Positions 25,080 through 32,440 are shown, counted from the first letter of the stretch. The stretch is DNA of 33,046 nt from Ilumatobacteraceae bacterium (GCA_032118285.1 JAULXU010000048.1:1-33046); one strand, 5' to 3'. Translations and numbers: made by a program. The notes: generated from the letters alone by a model not told the origin.

Positions 25080-25874
25080 GTGAACCGGCGCTCCCCCGTC
25101 ACCGTCGGTCCCCACGTGTACAGCGCCGAGGATGCGCGGCGCACCGTCGCCGCGCTGCCCCAGTTGTGGGCCCACCACATGTGGGACAGCTCCATCGGAG
25201 AGGGCTGGATGGCCGGCGCGCGCGGCTTCGTGGCCGAGGTCGCGTCCCTCGCCGGCGCGCCGCTGCCGCCGCTCGACGACGTCGGTCCGGCACTCGTGTC
25301 CGTCGCGGAATCGATCGCGGCACGATGGGACGACACCGACGACGACCGAGTCGGCGCCGTCATCGGCGCGATGTGGCGCTTCTTCCCGACGATGCGCGCC
25401 CTCGACGTGGACCGCTCGGCGACCGTCGTCGGATTGCACGCCTCCCGCGGGCTCCCCAAATCCCCGCTCAACCGCGCAGATGTGGGGTGGACGGGTCTGG
25501 CCGGCGACGTACGTCGCAGCCGGGCCTTGCACGGGCGTCCATGGCAGGCGCTGTGCCTGTGGTCCGCCGAGGCTCTCGCCTCGCTCTCGGCTGCCGGTCA
25601 CCCCCTCGCGCCCGGTGCGGTCGGGGAGAACATCCTTCTCGCCGGAGTCGACTGGCGGGCGATGCGGCCGGGCGTGCACCTGCGCATCGGTGCGATGCGC
25701 GCCGTGGTCACGGCCTACACCCTGCCGTGCTCCAACATCGCGCCCTTCTTCATCGACGGCGACACGTCGCTCCTCCACCACGAGAAGGGCGATGCCAGCC
25801 GGGTGTACGCGCTCGTGCAGCGCACCGGACCGGTGGCCGTGGGCGACACCGTCGAAATATTCACCGACCGCTGA
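25080..25874 (+). CDS. MOSC-domain protein with an unrecognised ~110-aa N-terminal domain
   Basis: The C-terminal half has a MOSC pattern (GLAGD...GENILLAG...LPCSNI...VGDTVEI). The N-terminal half has coding-like third-position GC but I recognise no family. GTG start. Confidence 0.82.
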   Translation: MNRRSPVTVGPHVYSAEDARRTVAALPQLWAHHMWDSSIGEGWMAGARGFVAEVASLAGAPLPPLDDVGPALVSVAESIAARWDDTDDDRVGAVIGAMWRFFPTMRALDVDRSATVVGLHASRGLPKSPLNRADVGWTGLAGDVRRSRALHGRPWQALCLWSAEALASLSAAGHPLAPGAVGENILLAGVDWRAMRPGVHLRIGAMRAVVTAYTLPCSNIAPFFIDGDTSLLHHEKGDASRVYALVQRTGPVAVGDTVEIFTDR

Positions 25875-25880
25875 ACGCGG

Positions 25881-27071
25881 TCAGTCGCCGACGGGGGCGG
25901 GGGCGGGGGCGGGGAGCAGTGTTTCGCCCGCGGCCTCGGTGCTGTGCCACCCGGGCGCGGCGTCGCCCGCGGTGACGACGAGTCCGGCCGGACCCGACGT
26001 CTCCCACAGGAGTGCGGGCCTCGCGCCATGCCAGCGCACCGCGAACGAGACGGTGCGCCAGGGGTCGGCCACGAGACCGTGGCTCTCGAAGGCCGCGCCC
26101 CACCAGGCGCGGGGGATGCCGCGCGGAAGCAGCGAACAGGAGCCGCCCGACGGCGACGGTGCACAGAGAATGGACTCGATCCAGGCGATGCCGGCGACTC
26201 CGTCGGGCATCTCGGCGGGCGGTGCCTCCACGGGCCGGTCCGCGAGGCGCAGCCACGAGGATCCGATGTCGGCCGCGGCCCGCTCGTCCCCGAGGAGCAC
26301 GCACGCCCGCGCCCCCGTGGCCAACAGATGCGGCGTGTCCCAGGCCAGCACGCGCGTGCGTTTCTCGGCGCGAAGTCGCCGCTGCACCGCGTCGGCCACC
26401 TCGAGGATGGCGTCATGATGCACCTCGCCGAGGCGCACCCGTTCCACCGCCGAGTCCTTCTCCCCCGCCCCGAGGAGGAGTTCGCAGCGCACCCGGGCGA
26501 CGCCGGCGACGATCGAATGGTCGTCGAGAACGATGCGCGAGGCGACGGAGCACGCCGTCTCCCATCCGCGCACCACCGTCTCGTGCCCGGCGAGGTCGGG
26601 AGGGAGCAGTCCCGTCCGGGGCGTGCCGTGGGCGATGCCGACACGCACGCTCGATCGGTGACCGAGGGGAAGGGCCACCGATCCGGGCGGCAGGTCGATG
26701 CCGGCGGGCGGATTCTCCGAGAGCACCCTCGCGGCCAGGATGTCCCCGCGCGTCACCGCGACCGCGACGCTGGCGGCGGTCTCGTTCTCGAACTCGACGA
26801 CGGTGATGCCACCGGCGTCCGCCGTGCACCAGACGCGCTGGACGATGTCCCCCGCCCCCACACGCATGCGCGTCTCGGCGACGGGAAATCCCCCGTACCA
26901 GCGTTGTCGGACGCTCGGCTCGGTCGCGGGCGAGTACCACCGGTCGTCCCCCGCGACGTGCCAGTCGAGTCGCGCGGTGCCGTCGAGGGGCGCCACCCCG
27001 CCGTGTGCATCCACCACGGCGCGCCACCGCGCACCGCGCACGCCGACGAGGCGTCCGTCGGGTGGACTCAC
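25881..27071 (-). CDS. Hypothetical protein (396 aa), translationally coupled to gpsA
   Basis: GTG 27071 overlaps the gpsA TGA as GTGA. Third-position GC is high and the composition is ordinary (not Arg-rich). No TM segments and no recognisable family. Confidence 0.72.
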   Translation of the reverse strand: MSPPDGRLVGVRGARWRAVVDAHGGVAPLDGTARLDWHVAGDDRWYSPATEPSVRQRWYGGFPVAETRMRVGAGDIVQRVWCTADAGGITVVEFENETAASVAVAVTRGDILAARVLSENPPAGIDLPPGSVALPLGHRSSVRVGIAHGTPRTGLLPPDLAGHETVVRGWETACSVASRIVLDDHSIVAGVARVRCELLLGAGEKDSAVERVRLGEVHHDAILEVADAVQRRLRAEKRTRVLAWDTPHLLATGARACVLLGDERAAADIGSSWLRLADRPVEAPPAEMPDGVAGIAWIESILCAPSPSGGSCSLLPRGIPRAWWGAAFESHGLVADPWRTVSFAVRWHGARPALLWETSGPAGLVVTAGDAAPGWHSTEAAGETLLPAPAPAPVGD

Positions 27072-28081
27072 CGGATCTCCGGCTTGGCGCTGCGCGACAT
27101 GAGGGCCACGAGCGCCTCGTCGACGGGGGTCCCCTCGTGGCACACCCCCACGACCTGTTCGACGATCGGCATGTCCACCCCGTGCGCGATGGCGAGGTCG
27201 AGCAGGACCCGGGAACTGCGCACGCCCTCTGCCACCATTTTCGTGCCCGCGAGGATGTCGCCGAGCCGCTCCCCGCGACCCAGCCGCATGCCGGTGCTCA
27301 TGTTGCGACTCGCGGGCGAGGAGCACGTGGCGATGAGGTCGCCGACGCCGGCCAGCCCGGCCACGGAGAGCGCGTCGCCGCCGAGAGCGACCGCAAGACG
27401 TGTCATCTCCGCCAGGCCCCTCGTGATGAGCGCCGCCTTCGTGTTCTCGCCGAAGCCGAGGCCGTGGACGATGCCCGAGGCGATGGCGATGACGTTCTTG
27501 ACGACACCAGAGATCTCGCAACCCGTCACGTCTGAGTTCGTGTAGACGCGGAAGTGCGGCGCGGAGAAGAGCTCCTGCAGGGCGCGGGCGATGACGGCAT
27601 CGTCGATGGCCACGACCGCCGCGGCGGGCTGACCCGCGGCGATTTCGGAGGCGAGGTTCGGCCCGGTGAGGACCGCTACGGGATGTCCGGGCAGGACCTC
27701 CCCCGCCACCTCCGACATCCGCAGACGGGTTCCCTCTTCGAGTCCCTTCGACAAGCTGACGACCGGCACCCAGGCGCGCACGTGCGGCGCGGCCTCGGCG
27801 AGCACCGAGCGAAAGCCCTGCGAGGGCACGGCCATGACCACCACGTCGGCGTCTGCCACGGTCTCGTGCAGCGAGGTGCTGGCCCGCAGGTCGGCATGGA
27901 GCACCGCACCGGGCAGGAATTCGGGATTGCTGCGCGAGTCGTTGACCGAGGCGACGACCTCGGGGCGGCGGGCCCACAGGACGGTGGGTCCGTGGGCCGC
28001 GGCGAGGGAGGCCACCGTCGTGCCCCACGATCCCCCACCCACGACGGCGATTCTCATCGTTCCCGCGGTGCCGACGACCAT
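27068..28081 (-). CDS. gpsA: NAD(P)H-dependent glycerol-3-phosphate dehydrogenase
   Basis: Contains MRIAVVGGGSWGTTVA, LSKGLE, LTGPNLASEIA, GVVKNVIAIASG and ITRGLAEM. ATG 28081 lies 6 nt after a minus-strand TACTGT box (28093-28088). An alternative ATG is at 28057. Confidence 0.93.
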   Translation of the reverse strand: MVVGTAGTMRIAVVGGGSWGTTVASLAAAHGPTVLWARRPEVVASVNDSRSNPEFLPGAVLHADLRASTSLHETVADADVVVMAVPSQGFRSVLAEAAPHVRAWVPVVSLSKGLEEGTRLRMSEVAGEVLPGHPVAVLTGPNLASEIAAGQPAAAVVAIDDAVIARALQELFSAPHFRVYTNSDVTGCEISGVVKNVIAIASGIVHGLGFGENTKAALITRGLAEMTRLAVALGGDALSVAGLAGVGDLIATCSSPASRNMSTGMRLGRGERLGDILAGTKMVAEGVRSSRVLLDLAIAHGVDMPIVEQVVGVCHEGTPVDEALVALMSRSAKPEIR

Positions 28082-28127
28082 GTCCCCACAGTAGGTCAGG
28101 CCCGCATGACCCGCCCCAGGCGCTTCG

Positions 28128-28133
28128 TAGGCT
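28128..28133 (+). promoter_or_regulatory. Candidate -10 box for a leaderless fbiD mRNA
   Basis: TAGGCT lies 6 nt upstream of GTG 28140. Confidence 0.35.
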
Positions 28134-28139
28134 GGAGCG

Positions 28140-28721
28140 GTGCGCATTGCCGTCGTCGTTCCCGTCAAGTCGTTCCGACTGGCCAAGGGACGTCTCGCCG
28201 GTGTCCTCGATGCGGCCCGGCGCGAGGCCCTCGCGCGGGAGTGCGCGGCCCGGGTCGTGGCGGCCGCGGCACCCCACCCGGTGTACGTGGTCTGCGACGA
28301 CGACGAGGTGGAGAACTGGGCCCGCGACCTGGGAGCGTCGGTCGTGCGGTGTGATGCCCCGGGACTCGACGTCGCCGTGGCGGCCGGTCGCCGGGCGGCG
28401 GCCGCCGAGGGTGCAGAGCACCTCGTCGTGGCCCATGCCGATCTTCCGTTGGCGCATCGACTCGACCACATCGTGCGGCCGGGCACCGTGACCCTGGTTC
28501 CCGACCGCCACCGCGACGGCACCAACGTGCTCGCCTTCCCCGTCGACTCCGGCTTCACCACCGCCTACGGTCCGGGCAGCTGGGCGAATCACCTCCGTGC
28601 CGCTGGTATCGCCGGCCTGCCGGTCGAGACCATCGAGGATGCCGACCTCTCCCTCGACCTCGACGACGCCGCCGACCTCGACGAGCTCGCCCGCAGGCGA
28701 GAGAAGGGAACCCAGCGATGA
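28140..28721 (+). CDS. fbiD: CofC/FbiD guanylyltransferase (F420 biosynthesis)
   Basis: Contains MRIAVVVPVKSFRLAKGRL (the CofC signature), AHADLP and DRHRDGTN. It is divergent from gpsA, as I remember for M. tuberculosis. Confidence 0.87.
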   Translation: MRIAVVVPVKSFRLAKGRLAGVLDAARREALARECAARVVAAAAPHPVYVVCDDDEVENWARDLGASVVRCDAPGLDVAVAAGRRAAAAEGAEHLVVAHADLPLAHRLDHIVRPGTVTLVPDRHRDGTNVLAFPVDSGFTTAYGPGSWANHLRAAGIAGLPVETIEDADLSLDLDDAADLDELARRREKGTQR

Positions 28722-29491
28722 GCGCCAACGACCCCGGACAACCGCCCGCCGCACCTGCCGCGCGGGGCACGAACCTGTCCCCTCCCGCTTCCGCCCTGGC
28801 CATCGGGGCGCATCCCGACGACGTCGAATTCGGCTGTGGGGGAACCCTGGCCAAGTGGGCCGCGTCCGGGACCGTGGTCCACCATCTCGTCATGACGGAC
28901 GGGTCGAAGGGCACCTGGAATCCCGACGCGGACACGGTCGCACTCGTGGCCCAACGACGCGACGAACAACGCGCGGCAGCCGCGGCACTCGGCGCGACGG
29001 GAACGGTCACGTTCCTCGACGCGGTGGACGGAGAACTCGAGCACTCGCGGGACATGGTCGACCGCGTGGCCCTCGCCATCCGCACGATCAGGCCCGCCGT
29101 CGTTCTCACGCACGATCCGTGGAAGCGATACCGCCTCCATCCCGACCATCGCAACACCGGTCTGGTGGTGTGCGATGCCATCGTGGCGGCGCGCGATCCC
29201 CATTTTCTGCGCCATCACATGACCCGGCACGGGGTCGCTCACCACCGACCCGATGCGCTCCTGCTGTGGGAAGCCGACGAGGTCAACCACGTCGAGGACA
29301 TCACGGACACCGTCGGGGCCAAGCTTGCGGCACTGGAGGAGCATGTCTCCCAGTTCGAATCGACCATGAAGGCGGTCGACGAGACCCAGATGGTGGCCTT
29401 CCGCGAGCGCATCGGGGCACGCCTCGCCGAACTGGGGGCCCCGCACGGATTCGGCGCCGCCGAGGTGTTCCACCACATGGATCGGCTCTGA
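28718..29491 (+). CDS. PIG-L/LmbE-family N-acetylglucosaminyl deacetylase
   Basis: Contains AIGAHPDDVEFGCGGTLAKW and HPDHRNTG. The ATG overlaps the fbiD TGA as ATGA. Confidence 0.9.
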   Translation: MSANDPGQPPAAPAARGTNLSPPASALAIGAHPDDVEFGCGGTLAKWAASGTVVHHLVMTDGSKGTWNPDADTVALVAQRRDEQRAAAAALGATGTVTFLDAVDGELEHSRDMVDRVALAIRTIRPAVVLTHDPWKRYRLHPDHRNTGLVVCDAIVAARDPHFLRHHMTRHGVAHHRPDALLLWEADEVNHVEDITDTVGAKLAALEEHVSQFESTMKAVDETQMVAFRERIGARLAELGAPHGFGAAEVFHHMDRL

Positions 29492-29521
29492 CCGACCCCG
29501 GGGACACGACCCGGGAAAAGC

Positions 29522-29549
29522 GGAATGGGGGGCTTTCGCCCCCCATTCC
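29522..29549. terminator. Strong hairpin terminator between the convergent PIG-L and histone-like genes
   Basis: GGAATGGGGGGC-tttc-GCCCCCCATTCC is a perfect 12-bp stem with a 4-nt loop. On the minus strand it is followed by GCUUUUCC. There is no U-tract on the plus strand. Confidence 0.75.
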
Positions 29550-29578
29550 TGCACACTCCGATCCCGAAGGATCCGCAT

Positions 29579-29598
29579 CCGCCGGTCAGTGCCGGCGG
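29579..29598 (-). terminator. Second hairpin 8 nt downstream of the histone-like gene stop
   Basis: CCGCCGG-tcagtg-CCGGCGG forms a 7-bp stem. Confidence 0.3.
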
Positions 29599-29606
29599 CC
29601 CACCGT

Positions 29607-29921
29607 TCAGACGGTGGTTGCGGCCTTCTTCGTCGTGCGCTTGCGACGACGAGGAGCAGCCTTCTTGGCTGCGGCCTTCTTCTTGCGAGGAGCTGCCTTC
29701 TTGGCGGCTGCCTTCTTCTTCTTCTTGGGAGCAGCCTTCTTCGCTGCAGCCTTCTTCTTCTTCTTGGGAGCAGCCTTCTTCGCTGCCGCCTTCTTCTTCT
29801 TCTTGGGAGCAGCCTTCTTCGCTGCCGCCTTCTTCTTCTTGCGAGGAGCGGCCTTCTTCGCCGCTGCCTTCTTCTTGCGTGCCGGAGCCTTCTTGGCTGC
29901 CGCCTTCTTCTTTGCTGCCAC
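29607..29921 (-). CDS. Lys/Ala-repeat histone H1 / HupB-tail-like basic protein with no HU fold
   Basis: 104 aa, almost entirely AAAKKAAP(K/R)KKKK repeats. GTG start is preceded by GAGAGGAAA 5 nt upstream. Terminator hairpins lie downstream. Confidence 0.8.
   Translation of the reverse strand: MAAKKKAAAKKAPARKKKAAAKKAAPRKKKKAAAKKAAPKKKKKAAAKKAAPKKKKKAAAKKAAPKKKKKAAAKKAAPRKKKAAAKKAAPRRRKRTTKKAATTV
29721..29837. repeat. Three near-identical 39-bp tandem repeats inside the histone-like gene
   Basis: The units 29721-29759, 29760-29798 and 29799-29837 read cttcttgggagcagccttcttcgctgc(a/c)gccttcttctt, with one mismatch overall. Degenerate copies flank them from about 29640 to 29915. Each unit encodes 13 aa in frame. 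Confidence 0.9.
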
Positions 29922-30362
29922 TTGAGTTTCCTCTCGTTGGGTAAGTGGTTACTTACGTTGTGTGTTCAGTCGCTCTGTATGAGACGACTGCGGATTCCGC
30001 CGCGGTGGAGTCCACTGCAAGACCGGGGGACGGTTGATGTCCCGGATGTTTCCGGGAGCATCGGACTGCCTCCGATACTTCGTCGACGGTTTCCTTTCTT
30101 GTCGTGCGCGGTTCCTCACGGAACGGAGTGCCCCACTATCTGACCTTCTCCGGCGGAGGAATGCAAGCATTCGCGCTCCGTCGGGACCCGCGCGCGACGT
30201 CGCACGACGCGGCGTGCCGCGGTGTGCGTGCGCGCCGAGAGATCCGGGCGACCGGCGCGCGCGTGGTGTCGCGCGCCACCCGACACCGGTGCGTCGCACC
30301 GCCAGAGAACGCGATCATCCGATCGCGAAGGACCGAAAGAGCGGTATTCATTGGGGAATAGT

Positions 30363-30431
30363 CGCGTTTTCTCCGGGTGGCGGCGTGATGCCGCGAAATC
30401 CGACGCACCCGAATGACCTGTGGAAAACGCG
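30363..30431 (+). promoter_or_regulatory. Candidate structured RNA element: a 20-bp interrupted helix
   Basis: Three Watson-Crick helices are nested. P1 is CGCGTTTTC (30363-71) with GAAAACGCG (30423-31). P2 is CGGGTG (30374-79) with CACCCG (30406-11). P3 is GCGGC (30380-84) with GCCGC (30390-94). Two 11-nt 3'-side internal loops separate them. The strand cannot be assigned from the sequence. Confidence 0.25.
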
Positions 30432-30689
30432 GGTCCGATGGGCTCGGTCGAGCAGTGGTCCACCGCGGCGATCGGGTCCACCGTCACGGCACGCGTCGAC
30501 GTCGAGCGGAAGAAAAGTTCCGAAAAAAATTCCTGCGGCGCGTCGACGACGACGACCAAAAACGACATCCACCATCGATCGGGCACGACGGGGCATAGTG
30601 GTCGCATCGGACGCAACGGCGATGCGGTGGCGGGGGTCGACCTGACTCCCGGGGGGGCGGTGCGGTCGGGCCGTGAACACGGGTCCTCC

Positions 30690-32012
30690 GTGCGCACCCG
30701 CATCGTGCTCGACACCTCGGTCCTCGTCGCGGATCCGGCGTGCGTCTACTCCTTCCCCGGCCATGACATCGTCGTGCCGTTGACCGTCGTCGAGGAACTC
30801 GACGGCCTCAAGAGCAGACCCGACGACGTCGGTCGTGCCGCGCGCACCGCCCTGCGCACGATCGAGGACCTGCGCCGCGGTGCCGGGGGTTCGATCCACG
30901 AGCCCGTGCCGCTCGGCCCGGAACCCGACAGCGCCACCCTGCACATCGAGGTCAACGGCATCCAGCGGCACATCCTCGTGGAGCACGGTCTCGACCCCGA
31001 GGTGCCGGACAACCGCATCATCGGAGCGGCCCTCGGCCAGGCCCGTACGCGTCCCGTGCGCATCGTGTCGAACGACGCAGGGCTGCGAATCAAGGCCGCC
31101 CATCTCGGACTCGACGCCCACGAGCACCAGCCGGTGGGCCGGGCGGCCTCGTCCCGACCCATGGGATGGTCGACGTGCGACGTCGACCACGCAGTCGTCG
31201 ATGCGCTCTACGGCGACGGACGCGTGGATGTCGACGGGCTCGGCGGCGGTGCCGGCGCGGCTGTCAACGAGTTCGCCGTGGTGCGCTCCGGCTCCCAGTC
31301 CGCGCTGGTTCGCCGCGTGCGCGACGGGTTCACCCTGCTGCCGTCGCAGTCCCCCGAGGCCTGGGGCCTGCGGGCCCGTTCGAAGGAACAGCGGTTCGCA
31401 CTCGAGTTGCTGCTCGATCCGGACGTGAGCGTCGTGGCCCTCGACGGCCGGGCCGGAACGGGAAAGACCGTCATGGCCATCGCCGCGGGTCTCGAACAGG
31501 TCGTCGAGCAACGACGCTACGAGCGTCTGGCCGTCTATCGCCCCCTCGTTCCGGTCGGGAGGGCCGACGTGGGCTTCCTCCCCGGCGGCCTCGACGAGAA
31601 GCTCGACCCCTGGATGTCGGCCATCCACGACGCACTCGTCGCGCTCACCGACCAGCGATCCAGCCACGACGCGCGGCGCCTCATCGACGACCTCACCGGA
31701 CGGGGACAGCTCTCGTTCGAGTCGGTCACCTTCCTCCGGGGACGGTCCCTCCACCGGCAATTCGTCGTCGTCGACGAGGCCCAGAACCTCGAGCCCACGA
31801 CACTCAAGACGATCCTCACCCGCATCGGCGAGGGCACCAAGGTCGTGTTCACCGGCGACACGAGCCAGATCGACGCCCCCTACATGGGCGAATCGAACAA
31901 CGCGCTCGCGGTGCTCATGCACGCCTTCGCCGACCAGGACTGCTTCGGCCACGTGACCCTCGCCTCGTGCGAGCGCAGCCAGGTGGCGAGCCTCGCCGCC
32001 GAACTCCTCTGA
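30690..32012 (+). CDS. phoH2: PhoH2: N-terminal PIN-domain RNase fused to a PhoH-type P-loop ATPase/helicase
   Basis: VRTRIVLDTSVLVADP...VVPLTVVEELD...DNRIIG is the PIN part. LDGRAGTGKT is Walker A and FVVVDEAQN is Walker B. GTG 30690 gives an N-terminus like the mycobacterial PhoH2 I remember. The frame stays open upstream to ATG 30438 and GTG 30420. Confidence 0.9.
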   Translation: MRTRIVLDTSVLVADPACVYSFPGHDIVVPLTVVEELDGLKSRPDDVGRAARTALRTIEDLRRGAGGSIHEPVPLGPEPDSATLHIEVNGIQRHILVEHGLDPEVPDNRIIGAALGQARTRPVRIVSNDAGLRIKAAHLGLDAHEHQPVGRAASSRPMGWSTCDVDHAVVDALYGDGRVDVDGLGGGAGAAVNEFAVVRSGSQSALVRRVRDGFTLLPSQSPEAWGLRARSKEQRFALELLLDPDVSVVALDGRAGTGKTVMAIAAGLEQVVEQRRYERLAVYRPLVPVGRADVGFLPGGLDEKLDPWMSAIHDALVALTDQRSSHDARRLIDDLTGRGQLSFESVTFLRGRSLHRQFVVVDEAQNLEPTTLKTILTRIGEGTKVVFTGDTSQIDAPYMGESNNALAVLMHAFADQDCFGHVTLASCERSQVASLAAELL

Positions 32013-32044
32013 CCCGCGCGGGGAGACGTGGCACAATCGGCGCC

Positions 32045-32440
32045 ATGAGCGACACTCCCGGCGATCTCGTCACCCGATTCATCGGCCTCCTCTCGGCTCG
32101 TGACCTCGACGGCGCGGCCGCCCTCGTCTCGGAGGACTTCGAGTACGACAATGTCCCCATGGGGGTGGCGCGAGGACCCCGGGCACTTCAGGACACCCTT
32201 GCCGGGTTCTTCTCGCTCTGCACGGACGTGGACTGGGAGATCCTCCGGCAGGTCTCCACCGGCGACCTCGTCAGGGGCACCGTCCTGAACGAACGCGACG
32301 ACCGCATCGAGATACATGGCCGCCGAGCGAGCCTCCCGGTCGCCGGGGTCTTCGAGGTCCGCGACGGACTCATCATCCTCTGGCGGGACTACTTCGACAA
32401 GGAGACCCTTCTGGCGGCCATGGCTCCTCCGGCCCCGTGA
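32045..32440 (+). CDS. Limonene-1,2-epoxide hydrolase-like (SnoaL/NTF2 fold) protein
   Basis: 131 aa. Contains DFEYDNVPMG and GLIILWRDYFD, which resemble the LEH family (compare GWRDYFD in Rhodococcus LEH). Confidence 0.85.
   Translation: MSDTPGDLVTRFIGLLSARDLDGAAALVSEDFEYDNVPMGVARGPRALQDTLAGFFSLCTDVDWEILRQVSTGDLVRGTVLNERDDRIEIHGRRASLPVAGVFEVRDGLIILWRDYFDKETLLAAMAPPAP

Noticed and set aside
27072-28754. Upstream 560 codons of the 957-aa ORF 25881-28754
   Set aside because: This part overlaps gpsA and fbiD in other frames and is Arg/Gly-rich. The real gene starts at GTG 27071, coupled to the gpsA stop.
29640-29915. Regular repeats that could be mistaken for a CRISPR-like or satellite array
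   Set aside because: The repeats are contiguous with no spacers, have a 39-bp (13-codon) period and lie fully in frame within an ORF that has a Shine-Dalgarno sequence and terminators. This is a coding tandem repeat.
29922-30689. Known housekeeping RNAs in the gap (RNase P RNA, tmRNA, SRP/4.5S RNA, 6C RNA) or known riboswitch classes (cobalamin, ydaO/c-di-AMP, TPP, fluoride, guanidine, ZTP)
   Set aside because: I compared the region by eye with remembered consensus cores, such as GAGGAAAGUCCGG, the GGGG...UCCACCA ends, and C-rich 6C loops. No convincing match appeared. A covariance-model scan is still needed.
29949-30715. ORFs inside the large gap: 29949-30299 (minus), 30034-30645 (plus), 30104-30361 (plus), 30116-30715 (minus) and 30413-30598 (plus)
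   Set aside because: They are mostly Arg-rich with no recognisable motifs or good translation-initiation signals. The segment from 30438 onward is kept as an open question in the findings rather than called as a gene.
30888-30897. tRNA T-loop-like GGTTCGATCC
   Set aside because: It lies inside the phoH2 coding frame. I could not build acceptor, D or anticodon arms around it.
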